DNA from: Mobula hypostoma
Taxonomy: Eukaryota
DNA length: 64,000 bases
Reading direction: 5' to 3'
NCBI RefSeq assembly: GCF_963921235.1
Contig: NC_086108.1
Span: 43,836,001 to 43,900,000 of the forward strand
Shown here: positions 38,933-50,192 of the stretch, one piece after another
How positions within the stretch are numbered: position 1 is the first letter of the stretch
How the letters are laid out: every line of letters begins with the position of its first letter
Program-made: the position numbers and the translations under genes
The notes under the pieces: generated by a model
Told to the model about the DNA's origin: nothing
Seen by the model: only the letters and a program-made list of their open reading frames with translations
Databases searched by the model: none

Positions 38933-40190
38933 CCGTAAATTCCAGTGTATAAACCGAGAATTTGGCCCTAAATTTTGGTCCTAAAATTAGGGGGTCGGCT
39001 TATACAGAGGGTGCCAACTTTGGAAAAACGAATACACGGAAGACAGGTCGCATTTATTGGCTGTTTCTGAGTTAAATTCATTCCACTGTCGATGCATGAG
39101 TTCTTTGAATGGTTTGTTTAAACTCACATCTAGTGGCTGGAGCACGGACATCAAACCACTGGGGATGACTGCAATGTCCGTATTTTCAGCTTTCAATGCT
39201 GCTTTTGTCTCACCTGACAAGTGTGCTTTGAACATGTCCCAGACAAGTAGTGACTTTTCCTTCCTGAAACCCTCTGGACGTTGACGCCACAGCTCTTTAA
39301 CCCACTTCAAGCAACCCACTTCGTCCATCCAGCAGCGTTTTTAGATGCAAACAACACCCCGCGGGAATTTTCTGAGCAGTTTTTGTTTTTTGTCTCAACA
39401 CAAGATCACGTCTATTCATAAATCGGGTGCACCAACTTCGCGTAGCTTTGAAATTTTCACTGACTTCACAGTGTTTTTCGTCTCATTTCAACACTTGAAC
39501 TCGAATTATTTCTCTGGTAACAATGTATCCAGATGATCACTGGTGATTCACCCACTCTTAAAACTTTTTCTTCCAGTTCTGGCCACTGGCATGTTTTCCC
39601 GCGGTTTGCACATTTCATCTTTGGCATTTCCCTCAGCGTGTCCTCTGCCTTTCTCCACTCTCTCACTTGTTTTTCGTTTACACTAAACTTCTTAGCAGCT
39701 GCAGAATTATTCATTCCTTTAGCAAAATCAACAACCTTCAGCCTGAAGCCAGCATCATATCACGTTCGTTTTAATCTTTTGTATGTGGTAGTCACAAACT
39801 CAATACTGAGTACACATACTGATCCCTCCACCCTGTGTTATGTTTTAACAACATTACGATGGGCGCTAAATGGTTTCACGGGGGGTTACATTCCAGAGGA
39901 TTCTTTACCATTGGGAACCTAATCCAAAATTTCCCTTCCTGATTTATTTATTAAGAATTCACTTATAACGCTCTACAATGTGTAGGCCTGTTTCCTTAGC
40001 AGGTACTGGTTCACAAAATTTCCAGGTTCCGGATTCTGCAAAGCTGAGTACCGGCATGTGAGATCTTGTGATCTTTTCTGGTTAAATCAAAAACCTCTAC
40101 AAAAGGGGTCGGCTTATACAAAGGTAACATGAAAAAGTCACTTTTTTAACCTTGAAAATAGGGGATCGGCTTATACTCCGGAATATACGA
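38933..40190 (-). mobile_element. pogo-family (POGK/Passer-like) DNA transposon, deleted
   Basis: Termini TA|CCGTAAATTCCAGTGTATAAACCG ... CGGCTTATACTCCGGAATATACG. Brinker-like DBD NNSAAAKKFSVNEKQVREWRK and DDE_1 segment LLVWDMFKAHL..IPSGL.SVLQPLDVSLNKPFK. Confidence 0.88.
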
Positions 40191-42296
40191 ATATGAGGTC
40201 CTCCGTGACTGCTTTGAATCAGTGGACTGGTTAGTATTCAAGGACTCCGCAGCTAACCTTGATGAGTATGCCTCAGCTGTCACGGACTTTATTTGGAAAT
40301 GCACGGAGGACTGTGTGTCTCGCAAGACGATCCAGGTATTCCCTAAACGGAAACCTCGGATGAATTATGAGGTCGAGTCCCTTTTAAAGGCTAGAGCTGC
40401 GGCTTTTAGGTCCGGGGAGACCAGTCGCTACACGGAATCCAGGCGTGAACTCTGGAATGCTATTAAGGGTGCCAAGAGGCAATATCAAGCCAAGTTGGAA
40501 GCCCAGGCTAACCAGAGGGATGCCAGTAGACTATGGCAGGGTCTAAATGAGATCACTGGGCGCAAAGAAAAGGCTAGGAATATCAAAAAATGTGGCGCTT
40601 CTCTTCCTGATGAACTTAACATATTCTACACAAGATTCAAACAGAAGAAGAGCGTCCCGCTCACTCCAGATGAATCAGACCCGGTGGCATCGAGATTCAT
40701 CATCACCGAGGAGGACGTTAGAAGGGCCTTCCTGAAGATAAATCCAAGGAAGGCGACAGGCCCAGATGGCGTCCCAGGACTGGTTCTCCGGACCTGTGCA
40801 AGCGAGCTAGCTGGAGTGTTTGCTGACATCTTCAACTGCTCCTTGCTTCAGTCTAAGATCTCCTCGTGTTTTAAGAAGGCAACGATAATCCCGGTGCCAA
40901 AGAAGAGCAAGGTGGCATGCCTGAATGACTATCGACCAGTGGCTCTGACATCAGTTGCTATGAAGTGCTTCGAGCAACTGGTTATGGCACAATTCAACCA
41001 CAGCCTATCGGTCAACCTCGACGCTTTGCAATTCGCCTATCGGAGCAATAGGTCAATGGCAGGTGCCATCTCTCTGGCCCTACGTTCCTCCTTAGAACAC
41101 CTGGAGAATAAAGACGCATACGTAAGGTTCCTTTTCATTGACTACAGCTCTGCCTTTAATACCATCATTCCAAATAAACTGAATCCTAAGCTCCGGAACC
41201 TGGGCCTTAGCACTCAGATCTGCAGCTGGATCTTCAACTTCCCCACAGACAGGACCCAGGCTGTAAAAATAGGGGACAAGCTCTCCTCTACAGTCACTCT
41301 GAGCACCGGTGCCCCACAAGGCTGTGTACTCAGCCCCCTGCTGTACTCACTGTACACCCATGATTGTGTAGCCAAGTTTCCATCGAGCTCAATATATAAG
41401 TTTGCTGATGACACAACAATTGTAGGCCGTATTTCGGGTAATGATGAGTTTGAGTACAGAGAGGAAATTAAGAACCTGGTGGCACGGTGCGAAGACAATA
41501 ACCTATCCCTCAAAGTCAGCAAGACGAAGGAATTGGTTGTTGACTTCAGAAGGAGTAGCGGACCGCACGACCCAATTTACATCGGTGGTGCGCAAGTGGA
41601 ACAGGTCAAAAGCTTTAAGTTCCTCGGGGTCAATATCACAAATGACCTGACTTGGTCCAACCAAGCACAGTCCACTGCCAAGAAGGCCCACCAGCATCTT
41701 TACTTCCTGAGAAAACTAAAGAAATTTGGCCTGTCCCCTAAAACACTCATTAATTTTTATAGATGCACTGTAGAAAGCATTCTTCTAGGGTGCATCACAA
41801 CCTGGTATGGAAGTTGTCCTGTCCAAGACTAGAAGAAGCTGCAGAAGATAGTGATCACGGCGCAGCACATCACACAAACCAATCTTCTGTCCTTGAACTC
41901 ACTTTACACCGCACGCTGTCAGAGCAGTGCTTCCAACACCCACCCAGCCAACATACTTTTCGTCCCTCTTCCCTCCGGGAGAAGGCTTAGGAGCTTGAAG
42001 ACTCATAAGCCAGATTTGGGAACAGCTTCTTTCCAACTGTGATAAGACTGCTGAACGGATCCTGACCCGGATCTGGGCCGTACCCTCCAAATATCCGGAA
42101 CTGCATCTCGGTTTTTTTGCACTACCTTACTTTCCATTTTTCTATTTTCTATTTATGATTTATAATTTAAATTTTTAATATTTACTATCGATTTGTAATC
42201 CAGGGAGCGGGAAGCGCAGAATCAATTATCGCTGTGATGATTGTACATTCTAGTATCGTTTGGCGACAATAAAGTATGAAGTATCTTGAATCTTGT
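40191..42296 (+). mobile_element. Rex1/Babar LINE, 5'-truncated, with RT ORF
   Basis: ORF 40222-41832 (536 aa) contains KATGPDGVP, LNDYRPVALTS, FIDYSSAFNTI, GAPQGCVLSPLLY and KFADDT. Tail is aataaagta..tcttgaatcttg. Confidence 0.95.
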
Positions 42297-42311
42297 GACA
42301 TAATTAATGAA

Positions 42312-42516
42312 AGCAACATACATCAAAGTTGCTGGTGAACGCAGCAGGCCAAGCAGCATCTGTAGGAAGAGGTGCAGTCGACGTTTCAGGCCGAGACCCT
42401 TCGTCAGGACGTCGACTGCACCTCTTCCTACAGATGCTGCTTGGCCTGCTGCATTCACCAGCAACTTTGATGTATGTTGCTTGAATTTCCAGCATCTGCA
42501 GAATTCCTGTTGTTTG
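42312..42516. mobile_element. Fold-back PLE-terminus insertion
   Basis: Near-perfect inverted repeat of the PLE end, with 15-bp TSD GACATAATTAATGAA (42297-42311, 42517-42531). Confidence 0.92.
42377..42410 (-). ncRNA. Minimal type I hammerhead ribozyme motif (PLE)
   Basis: Minus strand reads GTC-CTGACGA-AGGgtctcggCCT-GAAA-CGTC-GAC. Confidence 0.78.
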
Positions 42517-42839
42517 GACATAATTAATGAATTGATTTACAAGTGATAATTAAAATAGTCAGTTTTAAAAAGTGAAATTACTAATGTGATATGACGTGTC
42601 AACTTGTCTTAGTTCCCTAAAGCCAAAAGGGGAGGCGCAACATCTCTACATCTACTAGATATCCTCTTTATGAAATTAAAATTAAGCACACTTATGCTTC
42701 TTTGTACCTTTAATGCGCATAGGAACTACATGCTTCATCCCTTCCACTTTAAAGGAGGTGGGGAGAATAAAACAAAGATTTTACAAATGCTTGTTAATCA
42801 GTTTAAACTTAGTGGGCCAAAGAACCCAATTCAGTATTG

Positions 42840-44480
42840 TATGACCTACGAACGTGTGGCTAAGCACAACTGCAATTCCATATTCAAGTTTGCTGATGAT
42901 ACCATTGTTGTGGGCTGAATCAAAGGTGACGATGAATCAGCATACAGGAGGGAGACTGAAATCAGGTTGAGTGGTGTGATAATGGTGGAGGATTACAAAT
43001 ACCTGGGGATACGAATTGACAATAAACTGGATTGGTCAAAGAACACTGAGGCTGTCTACAAGAAGGGTCAGAGCCGTCTCTATTTCCTGAGGAGACTGAG
43101 GTCCTTTAACATCTGTCGGACGACGCTGAGGATGTTCTACGAGTCTGTGGTGGCCAGTGCGATCATGTTTGCTGTTGTGTGCTGGGGCAGCAGGCTGAGG
43201 GTAGCAGACACCAACAGAATCAACAAACTCATTCGTAAGGCCAGTGATGTGGGGATGGAACTGGACTCTCTGACGGTGGTGTCTGAAAAGAGGATGCTGT
43301 CCAAGTTGCATGCCATCTTGGACAATGTCTCCCATCCACTACATAATGTACTGATTGGGCACAGAAGTACATTCAGCCAGAGACTCATTCCACCGAGATG
43401 CAACACTGAGCATCATAGGAAGTCATTCCTGCCTGTGGCCATCAAATTTTACAACTCCTCCCTTGGCGGGTCAGACACCCTGAGCCAATAGGCTGGTCCT
43501 GGGCTTATTTCCTGGCATAATTTACATATTACTATTTAATTATTTATGGTGCAACTGTAACGAAAAACAATTTCCTTCGGGATCAATAAAGTATGACTAT
43601 GACTATGACTATAAGAACAACCTCTCATTCAATGTTGGCAAGACCAAGGAACTAATTGTAGACTTCAGGAGAGGGAAACCAGAGGTCCATGAGTCAGAGG
43701 ATCAGAGGTGGAGAGGGTTAGCAACTTTAAATTCCTAGGTGTTACTACTCTAGAGGAACTGACCTGGGCCCAGCACTTAAGTGCAATTGCAAAGGGAGCA
43801 TGGCAGCATCCCTACTTCCCTTGGAGTTTACGGAGATTTGGCATGACATCTAAAACTTTGACAAACTTCTGTGCAGTGGAGATATATTGACTGGCTACAT
43901 CATTGCCCGGTATGGACACCAATGCCCTTGAAAGGAAAATCCTACAAAATCAGTGAATTTGGTCCAGCAGATCACGGCTAAAGTCCTCCCAACTACTCAG
44001 CACATCTACATGAAATGCTGTGGTAGGAAAGCAGCATCCATCATCAGGGATCCCCACCACCCAGGTCATGCCCTCTTCTTGCTGCTGCAGTCAGGTAGAA
44101 GGTACAAGACCCTCAGGACTCACACCATCAGGCCCAAGAACAGTTACTACCTCTCAACCATCAGGCTCTTGAACAAAATTGGATAACTTCACTCATTTTC
44201 ACTTGCCCCATCATTGAAATGTTCCCACAATCAATGGACTCATTTTCAAGGACTCTTCATCTCATGTTATTGTTATTTATTACTATTTATTGGTATTTTC
44301 ATTTGCACAGTTTGTTGTCTTTTGCACTCTGGTTGAACGCCCTAGTTGGGTGGTCTTTCATTGATCCTGCTCGAGTTACTATTCTATAGACTTGTTGAGT
44401 ATACCTACAAGAAAATGAATCCCAGGGTTGTACATGGCGACATACTGCATATGTACTTTGATAACGATATTTACCTTGAA
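42840..44480 (+). mobile_element. Decayed Rex1/Babar fragment containing a younger LINE 3' fragment (~42984-43611)
   Basis: Host carries KFADDTIVVG and resumes at aacaacctctcattcaatg. Nested ORF 42967-43491 reads YKYLG..IDNKLDWSKNT..KKGQSRLYFLRRLRSF with an (ACTATG)n tail. Confidence 0.88.
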
Positions 44481-44525
44481 CTCTGAAGAATTCTAGAGGG
44501 AAAAAGTTACCATAACATGATACAA

Positions 44526-44711
44526 GCAACACACACACAATGCTGGAGGAACTCAGCAGGCCAGGCAGCATCTATGGAAAAAAGTTCAGTCGCCGGCTCG
44601 GCCTGAAACATCGACTGTACTTTCTCCCATAGATGCTGCCTGGCCTGCTAAGTTCCTCCACCATTTTGTGTGTGTTGCTTGGATTTCTACATCTGCAGAT
44701 TTTCTCTTGTT
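44526..44711. mobile_element. Fold-back PLE-terminus insertion (second subfamily)
   Basis: Inverted arms gcaacacacac..tgctggaggaactcagcaggccaggcagcatctatgg and its complement. 15-bp TSD CATAACATGATACAA (44511-44525, 44712-44726). Confidence 0.9.
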
Positions 44712-47700
44712 CATAACATGATACAACTTAGTTTCAAAATGATGTGATTCAATCTGAAAACAGGGCTTTTAATCTAAATAAAGGAAACTATGAAGTTATA
44801 CAGGGCAGGCTGGCCATGGGAAACTTTGTTTAGGGGTATGGTACTTGAAAAGTAATGATTAGCGTTTAAAGAAAACATAATTGCAACAACTATACATTCC
44901 TTTCATGCATGTTACATGAAAAAACAGTCTGAGGAGAAATTAAATCTAAGGCAAAATCTTACTACGATACTAGAAAAAGCTGGAAGCAGAGGACTGGGAG
45001 ACTTTTAGAACTGAGAAGGATGAATAAGAAGTTGATAAAGAAAGAGAACAGATTATGAGTATAAAACTGGTGAGAAATCTGAAAATGAGTGCAAAAGCTT
45101 CTAAAGAAAAAAACGAGTATGGCAAAATGAGGGTTCTTTACAGCGAAACATGTTTTACATTTTTCAGACCAGAGTAGTTAAAAATCTTGCTAATGATAAA
45201 TTTTGGGCATTTAACTATTTTTCATGCCATTTTGGTAAGTATGATAATGGAAAAACAGAACAAACATAAAGATCTCAGTCGGAGATGGGAAGCAATATTA
45301 CCAACAGATCATAGGATACCATGAATCATGTGTAAATACAATGAATTTCTGTGCAGATACTATGAATTCCTGCTCATGCAATTGTTAACTTGCATTCATA
45401 TCTTTTATTTTGTATTTTATGAACAAACTTCCAGACCTATTTTTCTAGTTTGGGTTGAGGATGATTTTTCTTAAGATTGATTCTCTAATCACATTTATGT
45501 AATAGTCCTGGATCCAATAACTACCCAATTGATTTTGTTCCCAAGTTTGCTTAATTATATTCCAGTAAATGACAAAAACTGTTTTGATCCCCAACACTGG
45601 TAGAAGTATATTCACGTTTCATATTGAAAATTGCAAGAATCAACAAATAATGTTACAAGCAACATACAGCAAGTAAGCTTACATATTACATATACTGTAT
45701 TGACAAGAACAAACTGTCTAAAATAAAAGACTGGCACGGGCTCACAACGCTAGCAACCTTGTGGGCAGCACTCACAAGAGGGCACCACTCAAGCTACAAC
45801 TGAACATGAACAGCAATACCCCCAGATTCTCCCAAGAGGTGGGGAGGATGAGAGACTCAACAGGACGGTCATACCGGCAACGGCCAGGACAGGAAACACG
45901 ACTACGAGGAAGCTAAAGCAAACAACACTGATCGGAGAGGAATTCTTGGTAAGGTGTCATTGCGGGAAAGTCTGCAAAAACATCAGAGGGCTCAAGATAC
46001 ACCAGAGCAGGTCTAGATGTGGATCAATGGTGACCCAAGTGCAGCGCACGGACTTAGTATCCAGTGAGACGAAGGAGAATTCCAGCCAGGAAGCTCCCCA
46101 CAGAGCTGAAGATCTCTCCACACTTGAGTCACCTCAGCACTGAACAACAGACCTAGTGAGTTCCTCTTCCACTACCCCAATCCATTCATCAAGGAAAGAC
46201 AGGATCAAATAGCATAGATCGTCAGACAACGTCACCTGGATGCAGTTCGATGATGATCTAGACGGATTAGCAGGTCCAGTACACAGAAAGATCAACTCAC
46301 TCACAGCCACAGCGTACAATCTAGCAAAGGAACGATTTGGCCCAATGGAGCGGAGAAGCCAGCCGGAGTTACTGTGGCAACCAAATAGGAGGGAAACGAA
46401 GATTCGTCGCTTGAGAGGCGAATTAAAGACGCTCAACAAGGAGTTTAAAACCAGCTCACCGGCTGAAAAAGAAGGTATCAAGGACTTAACAAGTATGCTG
46501 CGGGAAAAGCTGTGCAAACTCCGGAGGGTGAAACATCTGCGACAGCAAAGAAGGAAGAAAGAGAAAAGGCGAGCGCAGTTTGTGAGAGATCCATTCAGCT
46601 TCACCAGGACTCTTCTCGGCCAACAAAAATCTGGTATACTATCCAGCTCAAAGCCAGAGGTAGAGGAGTTCCTGTGGGAGGCACACAGCGACCCACGGAG
46701 GGGTCAGGGACTAGGAACCAATCGGGCTGTGTGTAGACCAGAAAAACTATCGATTGAGCTGAATGTGAAGGAACCTACATGGCTGGAAATCCAGGACACC
46801 TTCCGGAAAGCTAAAGCATCAGCTGCCCCAGGCCCAAGCGGCATACCTTATAAGGTGTATAAGAAATGTCCAAAACTTCTTTGGAGGCTGTGGAAGGTCA
46901 TGAGAAAGATCTGGGTCAAAGGTACCGTTCCATCAAGTTGGAAATTGGCAGAGGGATGCTTTATTCCAAAGGAAGAGGTTTCTTCCATAATTGCCCAGTT
47001 TAGGACAATTTCTCTCCTGGATGTGGAATGTAAGATTTTCTTTTCTGTGCTCGCAAGAAGGCTGACTTCTTACATGACACAATACCGCTATATCAACACA
47101 TCCATCCAGAAAGGCAGTATTCCAGACTTCTCGGGGTGTCTGGAACACACCTCAATGATTAGCCATTTGATCCATGAGGCCAAGCAGAAAAAAGGTAACC
47201 TAACAGTTGTCTGGTTAGACCTCGCGAACGCCTACGGGTCTATTCCACATGACCTCATTCTAGAAGGACTCGACCACTACTACATCCCAGTGGCTATTCG
47301 AGACATGATCACCAGCTACCTAGGATTCAAACTTAGATTTACATCAGCTCATTTCACAACTAGTTGGCAGGACCTCTAGAAAGGGATTCCAACAGGGAAT
47401 CCCTTTATTATGGGAATGAACCTCCTATTATCAGCAGCAGAAGATGTAAGCCGCAGCCCAACGCTGGAGTCAGGCATTGTTCAGCTGGCTCTATGAGCGT
47501 TCATGTACAACATCAGTATAACAACTGTGTCACATGTCCAAGCAAGATGGGTATTGGCAACCCTGGGTAATGTAGCCACTTGGGTGAGGATGTCCTTCAA
47601 GGCCACGAAGTCCAAGTGCACGGTGATCAGAAAGGAGAAAGTTACAAGCAAGTTTAGTCTCCAAGTTCAGAGTGAGGCCATCCTTTTCATCGAAGATAAC

Positions 47701-47943
47701 CTGATAAAATGCTTGGGGAAGTGGTTTACTGTGTCACTGACAGATGAGACTAATGTCACCAATGCTGTGAAGCAGACAGACGAATCGCTGAAGAAGATCG
47801 ACAAATCCAGACTTCCGGGTAAATTCAAGACCTGGCTGTACCAATACAGCATTCTCCCAGGCTTCTCTGGCTCTTCACATTTTATGAGCTCCCCATGACT
47901 GCCTTAGAGGGCATCGAGAGGAAAACCAACAAGCACCTGTGGA

Positions 47944-48234
47944 CACGAGGAAATCTGCAGATGCTGGAATTTCAAGCAACACATATAAAAGTCGCTGGTG
48001 AACGAGCAGGCCAGGCAGCATCTCCAGGAAGAGGTACAGTCGACGTTTCGGGCTGAGACCCTTCGTCAGGACTAACTGAAAGAAGAGATAGTAAGAGATT
48101 TGAAAATGGGAGGGGGAGGGGGAGATCCAAAATGATAGAAGAAGACAGAACTGACGAAGGGTCTTGGCCCAAAACGTCGACTGTACCTCTTCCTAGAGAT
48201 GCTGCCTGGCCTGCTGCGTTCACCAGCAACTTTT
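47944..48234. mobile_element. Fold-back PLE-terminus insertion inside the HERO ORF
   Basis: Inverted PLE ends with 13-bp TSD AAGCACCTGTGGA (47931-47943, 48235-48247). Confidence 0.93.
48038..48073 (-). ncRNA. Minimal type I hammerhead ribozyme motif (PLE)
   Basis: Minus strand reads AGTC-CTGACGA-AGGGtctcagCCC-GAAA-CGTC-GACT. Confidence 0.82.
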
Positions 48235-49501
48235 AAGCACCTGTGGAGATGGTTGGGAATTCCCCCAAGCTTCTTTTCAGTGGGCCTCTACATTTGTTCT
48301 GGGCAACCACAGCTTCCCCTGTCATCTGTTGTGGAGGAATTCAAGGTGGCAAAATGCAGAGCCTTATTAAGCTTGAGAGATTCCAACGACGTCTTGGTAA
48401 AGCAAGTAGGCGTTACAACCAGATCTGGGCGCAAGTGGGCAGCCATCGCAGCTGTGGAGCAGGCAGTGTGTTCTCCGAAGCTGCGAGATATCACCAGCAA
48501 CCCCTGCAGTGGGCGGCAAGGCCTCGGCTCAGTTCACTTCCAGCAGTGGGGAAACGCAAGCACAAGGAACAGGTGAGACATGGTAGAGGCAGAAGTACGG
48601 ATCCGTGAGGAAGTGAAGTGGATGTCAAAGGCAGTGGAAGAAGGGTCCCAGGGTGCCTGGACAAAATGGGATCTGCCTCAGCGCAAGATCTCATGGGCAG
48701 AGCTATGGAGACTGCAGCCCTTCCGTATTTCCTTCCTCTTGCGATCCGTGTATGACACCCTTCCTTCACCATTACATCTGTACACATGGGGGATGAGAGA
48801 GGACCCGAACTGTAAGCTCTGTGGTCAAAAGGGGACACTGGCTCATATACTGTCCGGGTGTAGAACAGCTCTAATTCAAGGGCAGTATAGGTGGCGCCAT
48901 GATAAGGTGCTTCTGGCTCATGCTGACACACTAGAGCGGGAGAGATGTAAGAAGAGGACGGCTGGCACAGATTTGAGGAAGGCCATCACCTTCATCAAAG
49001 AGGGAGTCAGCCCTTTCGTAACCAAACAACCAAAGCCCAATCTGCTGCTAATGGCCAGATCCTGGGAGATGACGGTTGATGTGGGAAGGAGGTTGCAGTT
49101 CCCGGATGTGGTGCACACAACCCTACGCCCGGACATTGTACTGTGGTCAACCAAAGACAAGAAAATAATTCTGGTTGAGCTGACTGTGCCGTGGGAGGAG
49201 GGATGGGAAGAGGCCCACGAGAGAAAGGCCTTAAAGTACCAGCCCTTATTGCAGGAATGCAAAGACAAGGGATAGCAGGCATGGTTTTTCCCTGTGGAGA
49301 TCAGCTGCAGAGGTTTCCCAGCCAAATCAGCATGGCAGTCATTGTCAGATCTGGGCCTGGACGAAAGCAGCAAAAAACAAGCAGCTTGTAGGATGGGGGA
49401 AGAGGCAGAACGAGCCTCTTGTTGGATTTGGAGTAGGCGAGAGGAGGGAAGCTGGAAGCCAGGAGCAGATGGGCAATGATTTGGCCACCACTGCCAGCCC
49501 A

Positions 49502-49570
49502 CCAACTGGAGAGTGTCGTGGTTAAGGGTCAAAACACTCTGTGAAGGTTGGGAACCACTTGATGACATCT
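49502..49570 (+). ncRNA. Candidate rearranged (non-circularly permuted) hammerhead ribozyme, decayed, in the HERO 3' UTR
   Basis: Stem III is AGAGTGT/ACACTCT and stem I is GTGGTT/AACCAC, with a GUC site at 49515-49517. The core is present as (A)AAA and (T)TGATGA. Confidence 0.55.
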
Positions 49571-49885
49571 GCTCCTGGTTGAAGGCTATGGTTACCTTAT
49601 AAGGTAAATGGAGATTGCACCCTAACAAGTTTTGTATTCTTTGTGTTGAAATGGAGAAGGGTGGAGGGGAAAAAATATAAAGGTTGTGTGCATCCAACCA
49701 AATTTTCACAAGCATTTTGTTTCTGCAGGTAAATATTGTAACAAGTTTGATCTGTGCAATAAATAATTCAGAACATCAAACAGATGGAAACAACAGGAAT
49801 TCTGCAGATGCTGGAAATTCAAGCAACACACGTAAAAGTTGCTGGTGAACGCAGCAGGCCAGGCAGCATCTGTAGGAAGAGGTAC

Positions 49886-49921
49886 AGTCGATGTTTCAGG
49901 CCGAGACCCTTCGTCAGGACT
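49886..49921 (-). ncRNA. Minimal hammerhead motif, palindrome mutated (ACAT)
   Basis: Minus strand reads AGTC-CTGACGA-AGGgtctcggCCT-GAAA-CATC-GACT. Confidence 0.7.
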
Positions 49922-50192
49922 AACTGAAGGAAGAGTGAGTAAGGGATTTAAAAGTTGGAGGGGGAGGGGGACATCCAAAATGATAGGAGAAGACAGGAGG
50001 GGGAGGGATAGAGCCAAGAGCTGGACAGGTGATAGGCAAAAGGGGATACGAGAGGATCATGGGACAGGAGGTCTGGGAAGAAAGACAAGGAGGCGGGGCG
50101 AACCCAGAGGATGGGCAAGAGGTATATTCAGAGGGACAGAGGGAGAAAAAGGAGAGTGAGAGAAAGAACGTGTGCATAAAAAAGAGTAACAG

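Larger units (their letters stand above)
45730..49630 (+). mobile_element. HERO-type (R2 group, restriction-like endonuclease) non-LTR retrotransposon, near full length, decayed
   Basis: N-terminal Zn finger CHCGKVCKNIRGLKIHQ. RT motifs APGPSGIPY, FRTISLL, SGCLEH and WLDLANAYGSIPH. CCHC knuckle CKLCG..GTLAHILSGC. RLE motifs RWRHDKVL, RPDIVLWS, VELTVPWE and HERKALKY. Several stops and frameshifts. Confidence 0.92.

Noticed and set aside
42222..42546. Recurring short ORFs (MLEIQATYIKVAGE..., LVNAAGQAASVGRG...) suggesting a small-protein family
   Set aside because: They are translations of the non-coding PLE terminal repeat found many times in the window.
48918..49715. 265-aa minus-strand ORF and similar antisense ORFs over LINE coding regions
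   Set aside because: They are shadows of the retroelement ORFs on the opposite strand.
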